Below, in pieces: positions 8,561-18,421 of a DNA stretch of 64,000 nucleotides. The position numbers and the translations under genes were made by a program. Every line of letters starts with the position of its first letter. Within the stretch, counting starts at the first letter, position 1. The notes beneath the pieces were generated by a model. The model did not search any database. It had not been told where the DNA came from and saw only the letters and a program-made list of their open reading frames with translations. Source of the DNA: Candidatus Omnitrophota bacterium (GTDB lineage Bacteria; Omnitrophota; Gorgyraeia; JAHJTE01); the NCBI GenBank assembly GCA_018830005.1, contig JAHJTE010000002.1, forward strand, positions 7,053-71,052, read 5' to 3'.

Positions 8561-9393
8561 CTCACTTCATAGTTTCACACTCACCGTTAAAGGTTGGCTA
8601 TTCAATAGCAAAATTTGTTGCTACTTGGCAGTATCTATGCTCGAATACAGACAGGAATATTGTTAAGAAAAACTTGAAGGCAATCTTTCCTGAAAAAAGC
8701 GATTCAGAAATTAAGGCAATTACAAAACAGGTATTTATCAATTTTGGCAAATATCTTGCAGATTTTTTGCGCTTTTCAAAAATAGATAAAGAATTTATCA
8801 AAAACAAAGTTAAAATTAAAGGCTTAGAAAGCATTGATAAGGTTTTAAGGCAATCAAACGGCGGCATAATAATCACAGCGCATCTTGGTAACTGGGAACT
8901 TGCCGGGGCTATCATGGGGGTACTGGGTTATAAGATTATTGGCATAGTGATGCCCCATAAACATAAAAAGGTGAGCGATTTCTTCAATAAGCAACGCCAA
9001 ATAAATAATATGGAGGTTTGTTCCTTAGGAAACGCGGCTCGTTTTTGTTTATCAGGATTAAAACAGAATAAGATGGTAGCTGTTGTGGCTGACAGGGACT
9101 TTACCGAGCATGGCCTAGTAACTGATTTTCTAAATAAAAAAGCGCTTTTACCCAAAGGTGCCGCTTCCTTTCATCTTAAGACGCAGGCTCCAATAATTTA
9201 TGCTTTTCTTACCAGATGCAAAGATGACACATTCAGATTTGAACTTGGACAACCCCCTAAGTTTAATTTAACAGGAGAGAAGGAAAAAGATATCGAAATA
9301 ATTATCAAAACATACATAACTATAATTGAAAAATACATAAAGACATATCCAGAACAATGGTTTATGTTTAGAAAATATTGGATAGATGAATAG
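8533..9393 (+). CDS. LpxL/HtrB-family lysophospholipid (lipid A-type) acyltransferase
   Basis: ITAHLGNWELAG is the H-x4-E/D LPLAT motif. Overlaps the GT28 gene. Confidence 0.6.
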   Translation: MFQYFIYRLAHFIVSHSPLKVGYSIAKFVATWQYLCSNTDRNIVKKNLKAIFPEKSDSEIKAITKQVFINFGKYLADFLRFSKIDKEFIKNKVKIKGLESIDKVLRQSNGGIIITAHLGNWELAGAIMGVLGYKIIGIVMPHKHKKVSDFFNKQRQINNMEVCSLGNAARFCLSGLKQNKMVAVVADRDFTEHGLVTDFLNKKALLPKGAASFHLKTQAPIIYAFLTRCKDDTFRFELGQPPKFNLTGEKEKDIEIIIKTYITIIEKYIKTYPEQWFMFRKYWIDE

Positions 9394-9399
9394 CCCAAA

Positions 9400-10080
9400 A
9401 TGAATATCTGTGCCGTAATTCCATCTTATAATGCTAAGAGGACGATAAAGCCGATTATCTCCGCTTTAAAAAAAATAAATATTAAAGTAATAGTAGTTGA
9501 TGATGGCTCAACTGACAAGACAGAGGAAATTGCCAAAGAAGAAGGGGCAATAGTACTACGCCATAGGAAAAACGAAGGAAAAGGCGCAGCGTTACGTAAC
9601 GGTTTCAACTATGTAATCTCCAATACTGACTGCGACGCGATAATCACTCTTGATTCCGACGGTCAGCATGACCCCGAAAGCATTCCTAGCTTTATTACTT
9701 TGGCATATTCAGATGAAAAGATTGGCGTTGTAGTAGGTAACAGAATGAACCATGCAAAAAATATGCCCAGGATTAGAATATTAACCAATAAATTCATGTC
9801 TTGGGCAATCTCCAAACTTTGCCGCCAGGAAATCCCCGATAGCCAGTGTGGCTTTAGATTGGTCAAGTGTCACGTTTTAAAAAACATCAAACTTATGACG
9901 TCAAATTTTGAAGTTGAGTCAGAAACGCTGATAAGGGCAAGCCGCCTGGGTTATAAAATTGCCTCTATGCCCATAGAGTCAATTTATTCTAGAAAAATCA
10001 TCAGTAAAATAAATCCGATTATTGACACCTGTCGTTTTTTCATTTTTATAGCCAAAGAGATATGGATTTCGCTCTTTTAA
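9400..10080 (+). CDS. GT2 family glycosyltransferase (DPM1-like)
   Basis: IPSYNA...VVDDGSTDKT...LDSDGQHDP. Confidence 0.7.
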   Translation: MNICAVIPSYNAKRTIKPIISALKKINIKVIVVDDGSTDKTEEIAKEEGAIVLRHRKNEGKGAALRNGFNYVISNTDCDAIITLDSDGQHDPESIPSFITLAYSDEKIGVVVGNRMNHAKNMPRIRILTNKFMSWAISKLCRQEIPDSQCGFRLVKCHVLKNIKLMTSNFEVESETLIRASRLGYKIASMPIESIYSRKIISKINPIIDTCRFFIFIAKEIWISLF

Positions 10081-10718
10081 AAGAAAGGATGTTAAATGAG
10101 CAGCTAATCCGCCGCGGAATAGAAGATGTACGTGTATTAGAAGCATTCCGAAAGATAAATAGACATGAATTCGTTCCAGCGATTTTAAAAAAACAAAGCT
10201 ATGCTGACTGGCCGCTTGCGATAGGAGAAGGACAAACAATATCTCAACCCTATATTGTTGCCTACATGATTGAAACATTAAACTTAAAAGGGGGAGAGAG
10301 AGTACTTGAAATCGGCACAGGTTCAGGTTATCAGACAGCACTCCTTAGTAATCTAGCCAAAGAAGTTTACTCAATTGAAAGATCACGGGTCTTAGCAAAA
10401 AGAGCACAAGAAGCTCTCCAAAGATTAGAGATTGCCAATAACAAGGTAATCGTTGGTGATGGCACTAAAGGATTAGCTGAATTTTCTCCTTTCGATGCTA
10501 TTATTGTAAGCGCAGCCGCACCCCAGATACCAGCTCCGCTTACTAGGCAGCTAGCTCAAGAAGGAAGGATGATTATACCCATAGGAGAAAGATTTAGCCA
10601 GGTACTCATACGATTAACAAAAATTAAGGATAACATCAAAGAGGAAAGGTTAGTTTCTTGTGTGTTCGTTCCACTCGTTGGTGAATTTGGTTGGGGAGAG
10701 AAGGTAAATCATGAGTGA
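10062..10718 (+). CDS. pcm: Protein-L-isoaspartate O-methyltransferase
   Basis: GEGQTISQPYIVAYMIE...VLEIGTGSGYQTALL. Confidence 0.8.
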   Translation: MDFALLKERMLNEQLIRRGIEDVRVLEAFRKINRHEFVPAILKKQSYADWPLAIGEGQTISQPYIVAYMIETLNLKGGERVLEIGTGSGYQTALLSNLAKEVYSIERSRVLAKRAQEALQRLEIANNKVIVGDGTKGLAEFSPFDAIIVSAAAPQIPAPLTRQLAQEGRMIIPIGERFSQVLIRLTKIKDNIKEERLVSCVFVPLVGEFGWGEKVNHE

Positions 10719-11169
10719 AGAGCTATTAGTCTTATTAACTGCAGCAGCGCCTATATCTGAATTAAGAGGCGCTATTCCCTTGGGAATTATCAAATTCGGC
10801 CTGCCAATATATAAGACGTTATTTATTTCTCTTATCGGCAACATGCTTCCTGTTATTCCCATACTTATTCTTGTTCAGCCTTTTGCAGAGATGTTGAGAA
10901 AATTTGCCTTTTTCAAAAGATTCTTTGATTGGTTCTTCGAACGCACAAAAAGAAAGGCAGAGTTGGTTCAAAGGTATGAAGCCTTAGGCCTAATTCTTTT
11001 TGTGGCAATACCGCTTCCGGTTACAGGTGCCTGGACAGGCGCAGTTGCAGCTACTTTATTCAAGATTCGATTTCGCTATGCCTTGATAGCAATATTTGCT
11101 GGTGTGCTTATAGCCTGCGTTATAGTAACTACCTTAACCATAGGTAGCTATAATTTCTTCATAAAATAG
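10711..11169 (+). CDS. Small multidrug-export-like membrane protein (COG2426 family)
   Basis: 152 aa with 4 TM helices. The AAPISELRGAIPLGI start is typical of this family. Confidence 0.45.
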   Translation: MSEELLVLLTAAAPISELRGAIPLGIIKFGLPIYKTLFISLIGNMLPVIPILILVQPFAEMLRKFAFFKRFFDWFFERTKRKAELVQRYEALGLILFVAIPLPVTGAWTGAVAATLFKIRFRYALIAIFAGVLIACVIVTTLTIGSYNFFIK

Positions 11170-11171
11170 GT

Positions 11172-11675
11172 ATGATACACATTTATACAGGAAATGGAAA
11201 AGGTAAAACAACAGCAGCTATTGGTCTGGCTATGAGAAGAGTCGGCGCAGGAGGTAAGGTCTGCATTATTCAATTCTTAAAGAAAGGCATTTATAATGAA
11301 TTAAAATCATTAAACAAAGTATCAGGCATCACTATAAAACAGTTTGGTAGAAGCTGTCTGCTTAAGGCCAAGCCTACTAAAGAGGACAAAAAGTTAGCAA
11401 AGCAAGCGATTGCTTACGCAAAAGGAGTCATCCAGAAAAAAAACTACGACCTTTTAATTCTGGATGAAATAAATGTTGCTTTAAAATTAAAACTTATAAG
11501 TCTTAATATAGTTTGCGAATTTCTTAAGGCCTTGCCTGAATCTGTTGAGTTGGTACTTACAGGTAGGTATGCGCCTAAGAAATTAATTTCCTTAGCTGAT
11601 TATGTCGCTGAAATAAAAGAAGTGAAGCATCCCTTTAAATTAGGTATTCCTGCCAGGAATGGCATTGAGTTCTAA
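11172..11675 (+). CDS. cobO: Cob(I)yrinic acid a,c-diamide adenosyltransferase (CobO/BtuR type)
   Basis: IHIYTGNGKGKTTAAIGLAMR...LLILDEIN...ELVLTGR. Confidence 0.8.
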   Translation: MIHIYTGNGKGKTTAAIGLAMRRVGAGGKVCIIQFLKKGIYNELKSLNKVSGITIKQFGRSCLLKAKPTKEDKKLAKQAIAYAKGVIQKKNYDLLILDEINVALKLKLISLNIVCEFLKALPESVELVLTGRYAPKKLISLADYVAEIKEVKHPFKLGIPARNGIEF

Positions 11676-12535
11676 TGCATCTTTTAACCAAATTTAACAT
11701 CTATCTAATAGCATTTTTTCTAAATTTCCTCTTTCTTAACAATTCTTCTGCATCTGGCGATGACAAAGATATAAGGATTATTTCCATTTCACCTGCGGCA
11801 ACTGAAATTATCTATGCAATAGGTGCTGGTGATTCTTTAGTCGCTGTAAGCTCTTATTGTAATTGGCCGCCTGAAGCCAAGGCCAAAACCAAAATAGGTT
11901 CTTTCAGTTGGCCCAAGATCGAAAAAATTATTTACCTGCAGCCAGATATTGTTATTACTGCCGGATTAGAACAAGCACCAGTTGTTCAGCAGCTTAAGGC
12001 GCTTAATATTAGAACAATAGTCTGCTCTGCAAAAACAATAGAAGGGCTGTTTGGTGCTATTGAGGAAATAGCTTTGGCAGTGGATAGAATTGAGGAAGGG
12101 CAGAAGTTGATTAAAGTTATGTCAGCTAGGATAAATCAGATTAAAAGCAGATTTGAAGATATACCGGTTAATAAACGGCCAAAGGTTTTATTGGAGCTAT
12201 GGGATGAGCCTTTGATTGTTGCCGGAACTGATTCGCTTATCGGTCAGGTTATTGAGCTTGCGGGAGGCAAAAATATCGCCTATGATGCAATGCACGCCTA
12301 CAGTCGTTTTAGTTATGAGCTCGTGCTTAAGAGAAATCCTGACTACATCATCGCTGTTTATATGAAACGAGGCCAAGATAAGGAACGTATTAAGAATCGT
12401 TTTGGATATAGCAATATCAAAGCTGTGAAGAATGACCACATTATTTGTGACATTAACCCAGATATTATTTTAAGGGCTGGTCCAAGAATTACAGAGGCGA
12501 TTGATGAGATCAACAAAAGGATATACGCACAATAG
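11675..12535 (+). CDS. btuF: ABC transporter periplasmic binding protein, BtuF-like
   Basis: Signal peptide and IISISPAATEIIYAIG...PDIVITAG pattern of class III PBPs. Confidence 0.65.
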   Translation: MHLLTKFNIYLIAFFLNFLFLNNSSASGDDKDIRIISISPAATEIIYAIGAGDSLVAVSSYCNWPPEAKAKTKIGSFSWPKIEKIIYLQPDIVITAGLEQAPVVQQLKALNIRTIVCSAKTIEGLFGAIEEIALAVDRIEEGQKLIKVMSARINQIKSRFEDIPVNKRPKVLLELWDEPLIVAGTDSLIGQVIELAGGKNIAYDAMHAYSRFSYELVLKRNPDYIIAVYMKRGQDKERIKNRFGYSNIKAVKNDHIICDINPDIILRAGPRITEAIDEINKRIYAQ

Positions 12536-13487
12536 GTCATTAATTATAATTGCTTTATTTGCGCTATTGATAATAGGATCTGTCCTGCATTTGTCTTTGG
12601 GTGCTGTAAAGATCAATATATTTACTCATCTTGATGAAATCTCCCTAAAGATTATTCAATTACGTTTTATGCGTCTTGTGCTTGCGCTTATTGCCGGCGG
12701 CGGCCTTGCCGTGAGCGGCGTCATCTTACAAGGCCTAACACGAAATCCTTTAGCCGAACCTTATCTTCTGGGCATCTCCAGTGGCGCAGCTTTAGGTGCA
12801 GTCTCTTGCTTATTAATCGGGGTTGATATCAGACTTCAACCTATCATATCTTTTTTATTTGCTGCCTTAACGTTTTATGCCGTATACTCAATCGCTAAGG
12901 TCAATCAAAAGATATTTATGCATTCCTTAATCTTATCCGGGGTAATAATAAGTATACTTATTTCCAGTGTGACAATGTTTCTTGTGTCTCTTTCTCCAAA
13001 TGAAGCCTTGCATGGAATGTCTTGGTGGTCATTAGGAAGCCTGCATATATTCAGTCAACCGCTGTTAATAATTGTGGGAGTAACAGTAACAATAGCAGTT
13101 GTCTTTAGCCTCTTTTTTGCGCGCAACCTTAATGCTATCAGCCTTGGAGAAGAAGAGGCAATGCATCTGGGCATAGATGTTGAAAAGACAAAAAAGATTC
13201 TGTTTTTGATTGCCGCATTAATAACCGCTAGCTTAGTATCAACCTGCGGTATGATTGGTTTTGTAGGTCTTATAATTCCGCATATGTGCCGCTTACTGCT
13301 TGGTCCAAATCATAGGGTTTTAATGCCAGCATCTGTTTTAGCTGGGGCGGCCTTTCTAATCATAGCTGATATATTCTCACGCAACTTAATGGGTTCTGTA
13401 GAGGTGCCTATTGGGGTCATAACAGCCTTGATTGGTGCACCTGTTTTTATTATTCTCTTCAAGCACAAACTAGGTTCAAGAGTATGA
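12501..13487 (+). CDS. btuC: FecCD-family ABC permease (BtuC-like)
   Basis: Polytopic membrane protein with GIS(S)GAALGA and LGxxxA permease motifs. Confidence 0.7.
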   Translation: MMRSTKGYTHNRSLIIIALFALLIIGSVLHLSLGAVKINIFTHLDEISLKIIQLRFMRLVLALIAGGGLAVSGVILQGLTRNPLAEPYLLGISSGAALGAVSCLLIGVDIRLQPIISFLFAALTFYAVYSIAKVNQKIFMHSLILSGVIISILISSVTMFLVSLSPNEALHGMSWWSLGSLHIFSQPLLIIVGVTVTIAVVFSLFFARNLNAISLGEEEAMHLGIDVEKTKKILFLIAALITASLVSTCGMIGFVGLIIPHMCRLLLGPNHRVLMPASVLAGAAFLIIADIFSRNLMGSVEVPIGVITALIGAPVFIILFKHKLGSRV

Positions 13488-14278
13488 ATTTGATAGATGT
13501 CGAAAATCTAAACTCCGGCTACGAAAAAGACAAAGTCGTCTTGAAGGACATTAGCTTTGAGGTAGGGGAAGGAGAGTTTTTAGGTATTATTGGCCCTAAT
13601 GGCTCAGGAAAGACTACACTCCTAAAATCATTAAGCGGCATCATCAAGCCTTTCAAAGGCAAGGTACTATTAAACAATAGAGACGTATACAAAATGAGTT
13701 TGCGCGAAATAGCTAGAGCCTGTGCCTTTGTTTCATCAGACACCTCAATTGCCTTTCCTTTTAGCGTATTAGATATAGTCTTAATGGGAAGAATCCCTCA
13801 TATAAAAAATTTAGGCGGCTATAGTAAAAATGATATACGCATTGTCAGGGAGTCTTTAGAGCTGACTGACAGCACTGCATTTATAAATCGGCCTATATAC
13901 ACACTTAGTGCGGGTGAACGCCAACGCGTCTTCCTTGCCAAGATGCTGGCTCAGGAGCCTAGGGTGGTTTTTCTTGATGAACCAACAACACATTTGGATA
14001 TTGGCCATCAAATCCAAATACTCAGCCTTTTAAAAAGATTTAATCAACAAGGAAAATTTACTATAGTGGTTGTTTTGCATGACTTGAACCTCGCAAGTGA
14101 ATTCTGCACCCGCCTAATCCTTCTTAATAACGGCAAGATTGAAAAGGCCGCTAGTCCAGAAGAAGTGCTCACCTATGAAATAATTGAAAAGGTTTATAAC
14201 ACCCTTGTGATTGTTAGTAAAAATCCAGTAAGTAGTAAACCCCATATATTATTAGTCAAGGAAGAAGAAAAGATATAG
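13484..14278 (+). CDS. btuD: ABC transporter ATPase (BtuD/FepC-like)
   Basis: Walker A GPNGSGKTT, LSAGERQRV signature, Walker B VVFLDEPTTHLD. Confidence 0.8.
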   Translation: MNLIDVENLNSGYEKDKVVLKDISFEVGEGEFLGIIGPNGSGKTTLLKSLSGIIKPFKGKVLLNNRDVYKMSLREIARACAFVSSDTSIAFPFSVLDIVLMGRIPHIKNLGGYSKNDIRIVRESLELTDSTAFINRPIYTLSAGERQRVFLAKMLAQEPRVVFLDEPTTHLDIGHQIQILSLLKRFNQQGKFTIVVVLHDLNLASEFCTRLILLNNGKIEKAASPEEVLTYEIIEKVYNTLVIVSKNPVSSKPHILLVKEEEKI

Positions 14279-14296
14279 TAAGTCCTTAAATTCTGC

Positions 14297-14330
14297 TTGA
14301 CATCTTGATAAAATAATCTAAAATAGATTT
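14297..14330 (+). promoter_or_regulatory. Promoter TTGACA-N16-TAAAAT preceding the riboswitch
   Basis: ttgacatcttgataaaataatctaaaat, seen directly. Confidence 0.4.
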
Positions 14331-14334
14331 ATCT

Positions 14335-14612
14335 TTGAAAATTAAATCCTACAGGTCCTTTCTCTAGGAAAGAGAAAGGGATAACAGGGAATCCTAAAAA
14401 GGGAACGGTCCCGCCGCTGTATAAGGTAACGAAATCCCAGAAAGCCACTTCTTAAAAGATCTTTTAGAGGGAAGGCAGGGAGAGTAGGTTATGAAGCCTT
14501 GAGTCAGAAAACCTGCCTGTAAAAATAAGCCTCGAGGAAGGGTGAAGTTAAACAGGGCGCAACCCCGAAGCTGACGATTAGAAGAATCGTAGATTTCGGG
14601 GTTTTTTATTTT
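14335..14612 (+). ncRNA. Cobalamin (AdoCbl) riboswitch with terminator expression platform
   Basis: Conserved core GGGAAcGGTCCCGCCGCTGTA, upstream GGGAATCC, and B12-box-like GAGTCAGAAAACCTGCC. Followed by hairpin ccccgaag...cttcgggg and T8 at 14564-14612. Confidence 0.65.
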
Positions 14613-14617
14613 TAAAA

Positions 14618-15223
14618 ATGCCTAAGAAGCTAATCTTAATTCGGCACGGTCAAACAGACTGGAATTATCAAAAAAGATATACTGGCTTTACGGATATAGG
14701 CCTAAATAAAAAAGGCAAGGCCCAGGCAAGAAGGCTTTCTAAGAAGTTAAGCAAAGTAGAAATTCATAACGTCTACGCAAGCAATATGAAAAGAACAGTT
14801 CAGTTTGCCAAGATAATCTTTAAAGATAAACCAGTAAAAGAATTTTCAGGGCTTCGCGAGATGAATTTTGGCATACTTGAAGGCTTGACATATCAGGAGA
14901 TTATGAAAAAGCACTCTCAAGCTTATACGAAATGGTTAGCCAACCCATCAAAACACACTATTCCAGAAGGTGAAAATTTAAATAATTTCGCAAAAAGAGT
15001 AAGAAAAACATTAAAGACGCTATTATCAGACAATAAGAATAAAACAATCGCAATATTTACTCACGCCGGCCCCATAAAAGTAATTTTATGCGATATTTTA
15101 AAAATAAGTTTAAGAGAGACTTGGCGTATAGAGCCAAAATCAGGCAGCATTAATATTATTGAATTTACTAGGGGCAAGGCTAGAATCCACTCTACATCCA
15201 ACACGGCATATTTAAATGGGTAA
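14618..15223 (+). CDS. cobC: Alpha-ribazole phosphatase (histidine phosphatase family)
   Basis: LILIRHGQTDWN phosphoglycerate-mutase-like RHG motif, in a cob operon context. Confidence 0.7.
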   Translation: MPKKLILIRHGQTDWNYQKRYTGFTDIGLNKKGKAQARRLSKKLSKVEIHNVYASNMKRTVQFAKIIFKDKPVKEFSGLREMNFGILEGLTYQEIMKKHSQAYTKWLANPSKHTIPEGENLNNFAKRVRKTLKTLLSDNKNKTIAIFTHAGPIKVILCDILKISLRETWRIEPKSGSINIIEFTRGKARIHSTSNTAYLNG

Positions 15224-15740
15224 GATTATATTTATTCTTGGCGGGGCAAGAAGCGGAAAAAGCGCCTATGCTGTTAAATTGGCTAAGGGGCTTGATAAAA
15301 AGGTCGCGTTTCTTGCTACTTGTCTACCTTTAGATAAAGAAATGAAAGAGCGAATCTCTCTCCATAAGAAAAAAAGGCCTGCGCATTGGCAAACATTTGA
15401 GCAACCTAAAGATTTGACCCCAACACTTAGAAAGATATGTCCTAAATTTAATGTTATCATTATTGACTGTCTTACAATTCTCATATCTAATCTTTTAGGG
15501 CAAGGGCTCAAATGTGCTGCTGTAGAAAATAGGATTGCTAAGATGTTGAAAATCCTTAAACAAAGTAAGCCTACATCAATCATTGTCTCTAACGAAGTCG
15601 GTTTAGGCATAGTCCCCGAGAACGCGCTAGGAAGAAGATTTAGGGACTTGGCTGGAAGAGTGAATCAGAACGTAGCAGCCAGAGCTAATGATGTTTTTTT
15701 TATGGTTTCAGGCCTGCCTTTAAAAGTCAGAAAGGGATAA
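15216..15740 (+). CDS. cobU: Adenosylcobinamide kinase / adenosylcobinamide-phosphate guanylyltransferase
   Basis: IIFILGGARSGKSAYA P-loop with CobU-like length and context. Confidence 0.75.
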   Translation: MGKIIFILGGARSGKSAYAVKLAKGLDKKVAFLATCLPLDKEMKERISLHKKKRPAHWQTFEQPKDLTPTLRKICPKFNVIIIDCLTILISNLLGQGLKCAAVENRIAKMLKILKQSKPTSIIVSNEVGLGIVPENALGRRFRDLAGRVNQNVAARANDVFFMVSGLPLKVRKG

Positions 15741-15741
15741 A

Positions 15742-16803
15742 ATGGACAAAATACAAGAAATTATTAAGAAAATAGAGGAACTTGATCAAGGTCTTATGAC
15801 TAAGGCCCAGGCTAGATTAGATAACCTCACTAAACCGCAAGGAAGTTTAGGCCGACTAGAAGAAATAGCAAAGCTTATTGTTGGTATTAGCAGGAATGAG
15901 AATCCGTCTATTGGAAAAAAAGTAATTTTTACCTTTGCCTCTGATCATGGAGTAACGCAAGAGAAGGTAAGCGCCTTTCCAAAAGAGGTTACAGCACAGA
16001 TGGTCTATAATTTTTTAAGTGGCGGTGCGGGAATTAACGTCTTAGCAGGTTGTGTTGGCGCAAAGGTTATAGTTGCAGATATGGGAATTGCACTTGATTT
16101 AAAGCCGCATCCAAAACTAATTATCAATAAAATCAATTATGGTACCAAAAATATGGCAGCCGGTCCAGCAATGACAAGAGAAGAGGCGGTAAGGTCTGTT
16201 GAAGCAGGTATTGAAATATTTCTAGATGTGTTTAGAGAAGGCGTAGATATTGTCGGCACAGGAGAAATGGGCATTGGGAATACAACAGCCTCAAGCGCTA
16301 TAGCTGCCTGCCTACTAGAAGAGCCGGTTGAAAAAATGACAGGTAGAGGAACAGGCATTGATGATAAGGCCTTCTCTAATAAGGTTGGAGTAATAGAAAA
16401 AGCGCTTAGTATAAATAAACCAAATCCTAAAGACCCTTTAGATGTATTATCTAAAGTAGGTGGATTTGAAATAGGAGGCCTTGCTGGGGTAATTCTAGGG
16501 GCGGCCTCAAAAAGAATTCCTGTAGTCATAGATGGTTTTATTTCCGGAGTAGCTGCCTTAATTGCTTACAGGTTAGAGCCAAAAGTAAAGAATTATATGA
16601 TTGCTGCCCACTGTTCTGTAGAAAAAGGACATAGAATAATCTTAGACTACCTGGGTCTCAAACCACTCCTAGATTTAGAATTACGCCTTGGAGAAGGAAC
16701 CGGGGCTGCTTTAGGAATGGGAATAATTGAGGCTAGTATTAAAATCTTTACTCAGATGGCTACGTTTCAAAAAGCATCTGTTTCCGAGAAAATCGAAGAA
16801 TGA
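15742..16803 (+). CDS. cobT: Nicotinate-nucleotide--dimethylbenzimidazole phosphoribosyltransferase
   Basis: LDNLTKPQGSLGRLEEIA, the typical CobT N-terminus, and GEMGIGNTT. Confidence 0.8.
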   Translation: MDKIQEIIKKIEELDQGLMTKAQARLDNLTKPQGSLGRLEEIAKLIVGISRNENPSIGKKVIFTFASDHGVTQEKVSAFPKEVTAQMVYNFLSGGAGINVLAGCVGAKVIVADMGIALDLKPHPKLIINKINYGTKNMAAGPAMTREEAVRSVEAGIEIFLDVFREGVDIVGTGEMGIGNTTASSAIAACLLEEPVEKMTGRGTGIDDKAFSNKVGVIEKALSINKPNPKDPLDVLSKVGGFEIGGLAGVILGAASKRIPVVIDGFISGVAALIAYRLEPKVKNYMIAAHCSVEKGHRIILDYLGLKPLLDLELRLGEGTGAALGMGIIEASIKIFTQMATFQKASVSEKIEE

Positions 16804-17543
16804 AAAGGTTTTTAATTGCCCTCCAGTTTTTAACTACCCTGCCCATAAAGATTAAATCAGAGATTAAAAATGAGGATTTCGGTAAATCTTTATTGTATTT
16901 TCCTATAGTAGGGATGTTAATCGGTCTTTTATTAAGTTTAATTCTTTCTCTTTTTAACTTCTTGCCCCATTTGGTGTTAGGCGTATTTATCTTATTAGCG
17001 TCCTTTATCATAACAGGTGGAATTCACTTAGATGGATTCGCTGATACTTGTGACGGATTTTATGGCTCCAAACCCAAAAAAAAGATACTCGAGATAATGC
17101 GAGATAGTCGAGTCGGAACAATGGGGGTAACAGGTTTAGTCTGTCTCCTGCTTTTAAAGTTTGCACTTATCGTAAATACTCCCAAAGACATGCTTTGGAA
17201 ATTATTGATTATGATGACTGCATTTGCAAGGTTATCTCAAGTTCTTGCCTGCTATACTTCTGGATATGCACGTCAGGAAGGTAAGGCAAAATACTTCATA
17301 GAATATGCCCTTAAGAAAGATGCTGTTATCGGGGCCTTATTTACCTTGAGCTTATTCTTATGGCTGATGCAGATAAAAGGTGTTGCCCTGTTTCTTATTC
17401 CTATACCTTTAATATTTTTATTCATAAATTATATTAAGAAAAGAATTAATGGAATGACCGGCGATACAATTGGTGCAGTGAGTGAACTGGCAGAAGTGTC
17501 TATTTTGCTAAGTTTTCTTGTTATAAACAGGCTTTATATATGA
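16800..17543 (+). CDS. cobS: Adenosylcobinamide-GDP ribazoletransferase (cobalamin synthase)
   Basis: LQFLTTLPI start and a polytopic membrane protein. Confidence 0.75.
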   Translation: MKRFLIALQFLTTLPIKIKSEIKNEDFGKSLLYFPIVGMLIGLLLSLILSLFNFLPHLVLGVFILLASFIITGGIHLDGFADTCDGFYGSKPKKKILEIMRDSRVGTMGVTGLVCLLLLKFALIVNTPKDMLWKLLIMMTAFARLSQVLACYTSGYARQEGKAKYFIEYALKKDAVIGALFTLSLFLWLMQIKGVALFLIPIPLIFLFINYIKKRINGMTGDTIGAVSELAEVSILLSFLVINRLYI

Positions 17544-18235
17544 AGAATTCCCTAGCCATATCTTCCTGGAGCGGAGGAAAGGATAGTTGCCTTGCTTGCT
17601 ATAAGGCGATGAGACTTGGCTACAAAATAAAATACCTCCTAAATTTTATCTCTAAAGAATATAAACGCTGCTGTTTTCATGGAATTGAAGCTAGGCTGCT
17701 AAAATTGCAGGCTGAACTTGTAGGAATTCCACTCGTTCAAAAAGAGGTTTCACCTGACATGAAAAAGTATGAACAAGAGTTTAAACAGGCTGTAAACGAG
17801 CTTAAAGATAAAGGCATTAGAGAAATGGTGTTTGGAGACATCTATTTGGATGAACACAAAATCTGGGTTGAACGCGTATGCAAGGAAATCGGAATTAAGC
17901 CTATAGAACCCCTCTGGAACCTTTCACCAGAAAAAATCGTAGAAGATTTTATTAATCTAGGATTTAAAGCAATCGTTGTTAGCTGTAAGGCTGATATGTT
18001 TGGAAAAGAGTTTATTGGAAGATATGTAGATAAAGATTTCCTAAAAGAACTTACAGCAAGAGGGATTTGTCCTTGCGGTGAGAACGGCGAATTTCATACC
18101 TTTATTGTTGATGGACCTATATTTAAAAAAAGAATAGAGATAACAGAAAGTCAAACAGTTCTTAAAAAAGGCTTTTGGGAGTATTGGTTTTTAGATATTA
18201 AGAAATATCAAGTTAAAGGAAAGGAGGAAAATTAA
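17540..18235 (+). CDS. PP-loop ATPase of the Dph6/MJ0570 (DUF71) family, translationally coupled to cobS
   Basis: SWSGGKDSCLACY PP-loop, ...GDIYLDEHKIWVERVCKEIGIKPIEPLW, CGENGEFHTFIVDGPIF all match the diphthine-ammonia ligase N-domain. 4-nt overlap with cobS. Confidence 0.7.
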   Translation: MKNSLAISSWSGGKDSCLACYKAMRLGYKIKYLLNFISKEYKRCCFHGIEARLLKLQAELVGIPLVQKEVSPDMKKYEQEFKQAVNELKDKGIREMVFGDIYLDEHKIWVERVCKEIGIKPIEPLWNLSPEKIVEDFINLGFKAIVVSCKADMFGKEFIGRYVDKDFLKELTARGICPCGENGEFHTFIVDGPIFKKRIEITESQTVLKKGFWEYWFLDIKKYQVKGKEEN

Positions 18236-18249
18236 TACAACTTGATAGA

Positions 18250-18415
18250 AGGTATAGACAAAAACACTTTATATAGGCAAAGGAAGTAGGGGTGAAATTC
18301 CCCTTGCTGTCCCGCAACGGTAATACCCAGGCTTGATAAAAGCCTAGGTGAGCCCGGACGATTGCCTCGCTATTTCTGCTTGCAATAAGCAGGAAAGTAT
18401 CCTCGCGGAAGGAGA
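18250..18415 (+). ncRNA. Second cobalamin riboswitch, upstream of btuB
   Basis: GGGGTGAAATTCCCC and GCTGTCCCGCAACGGTAA core motifs. B12-box only approximate (GAGCCCGGACGATTGCC). Confidence 0.5.
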
Positions 18416-18421
18416 AAAACA

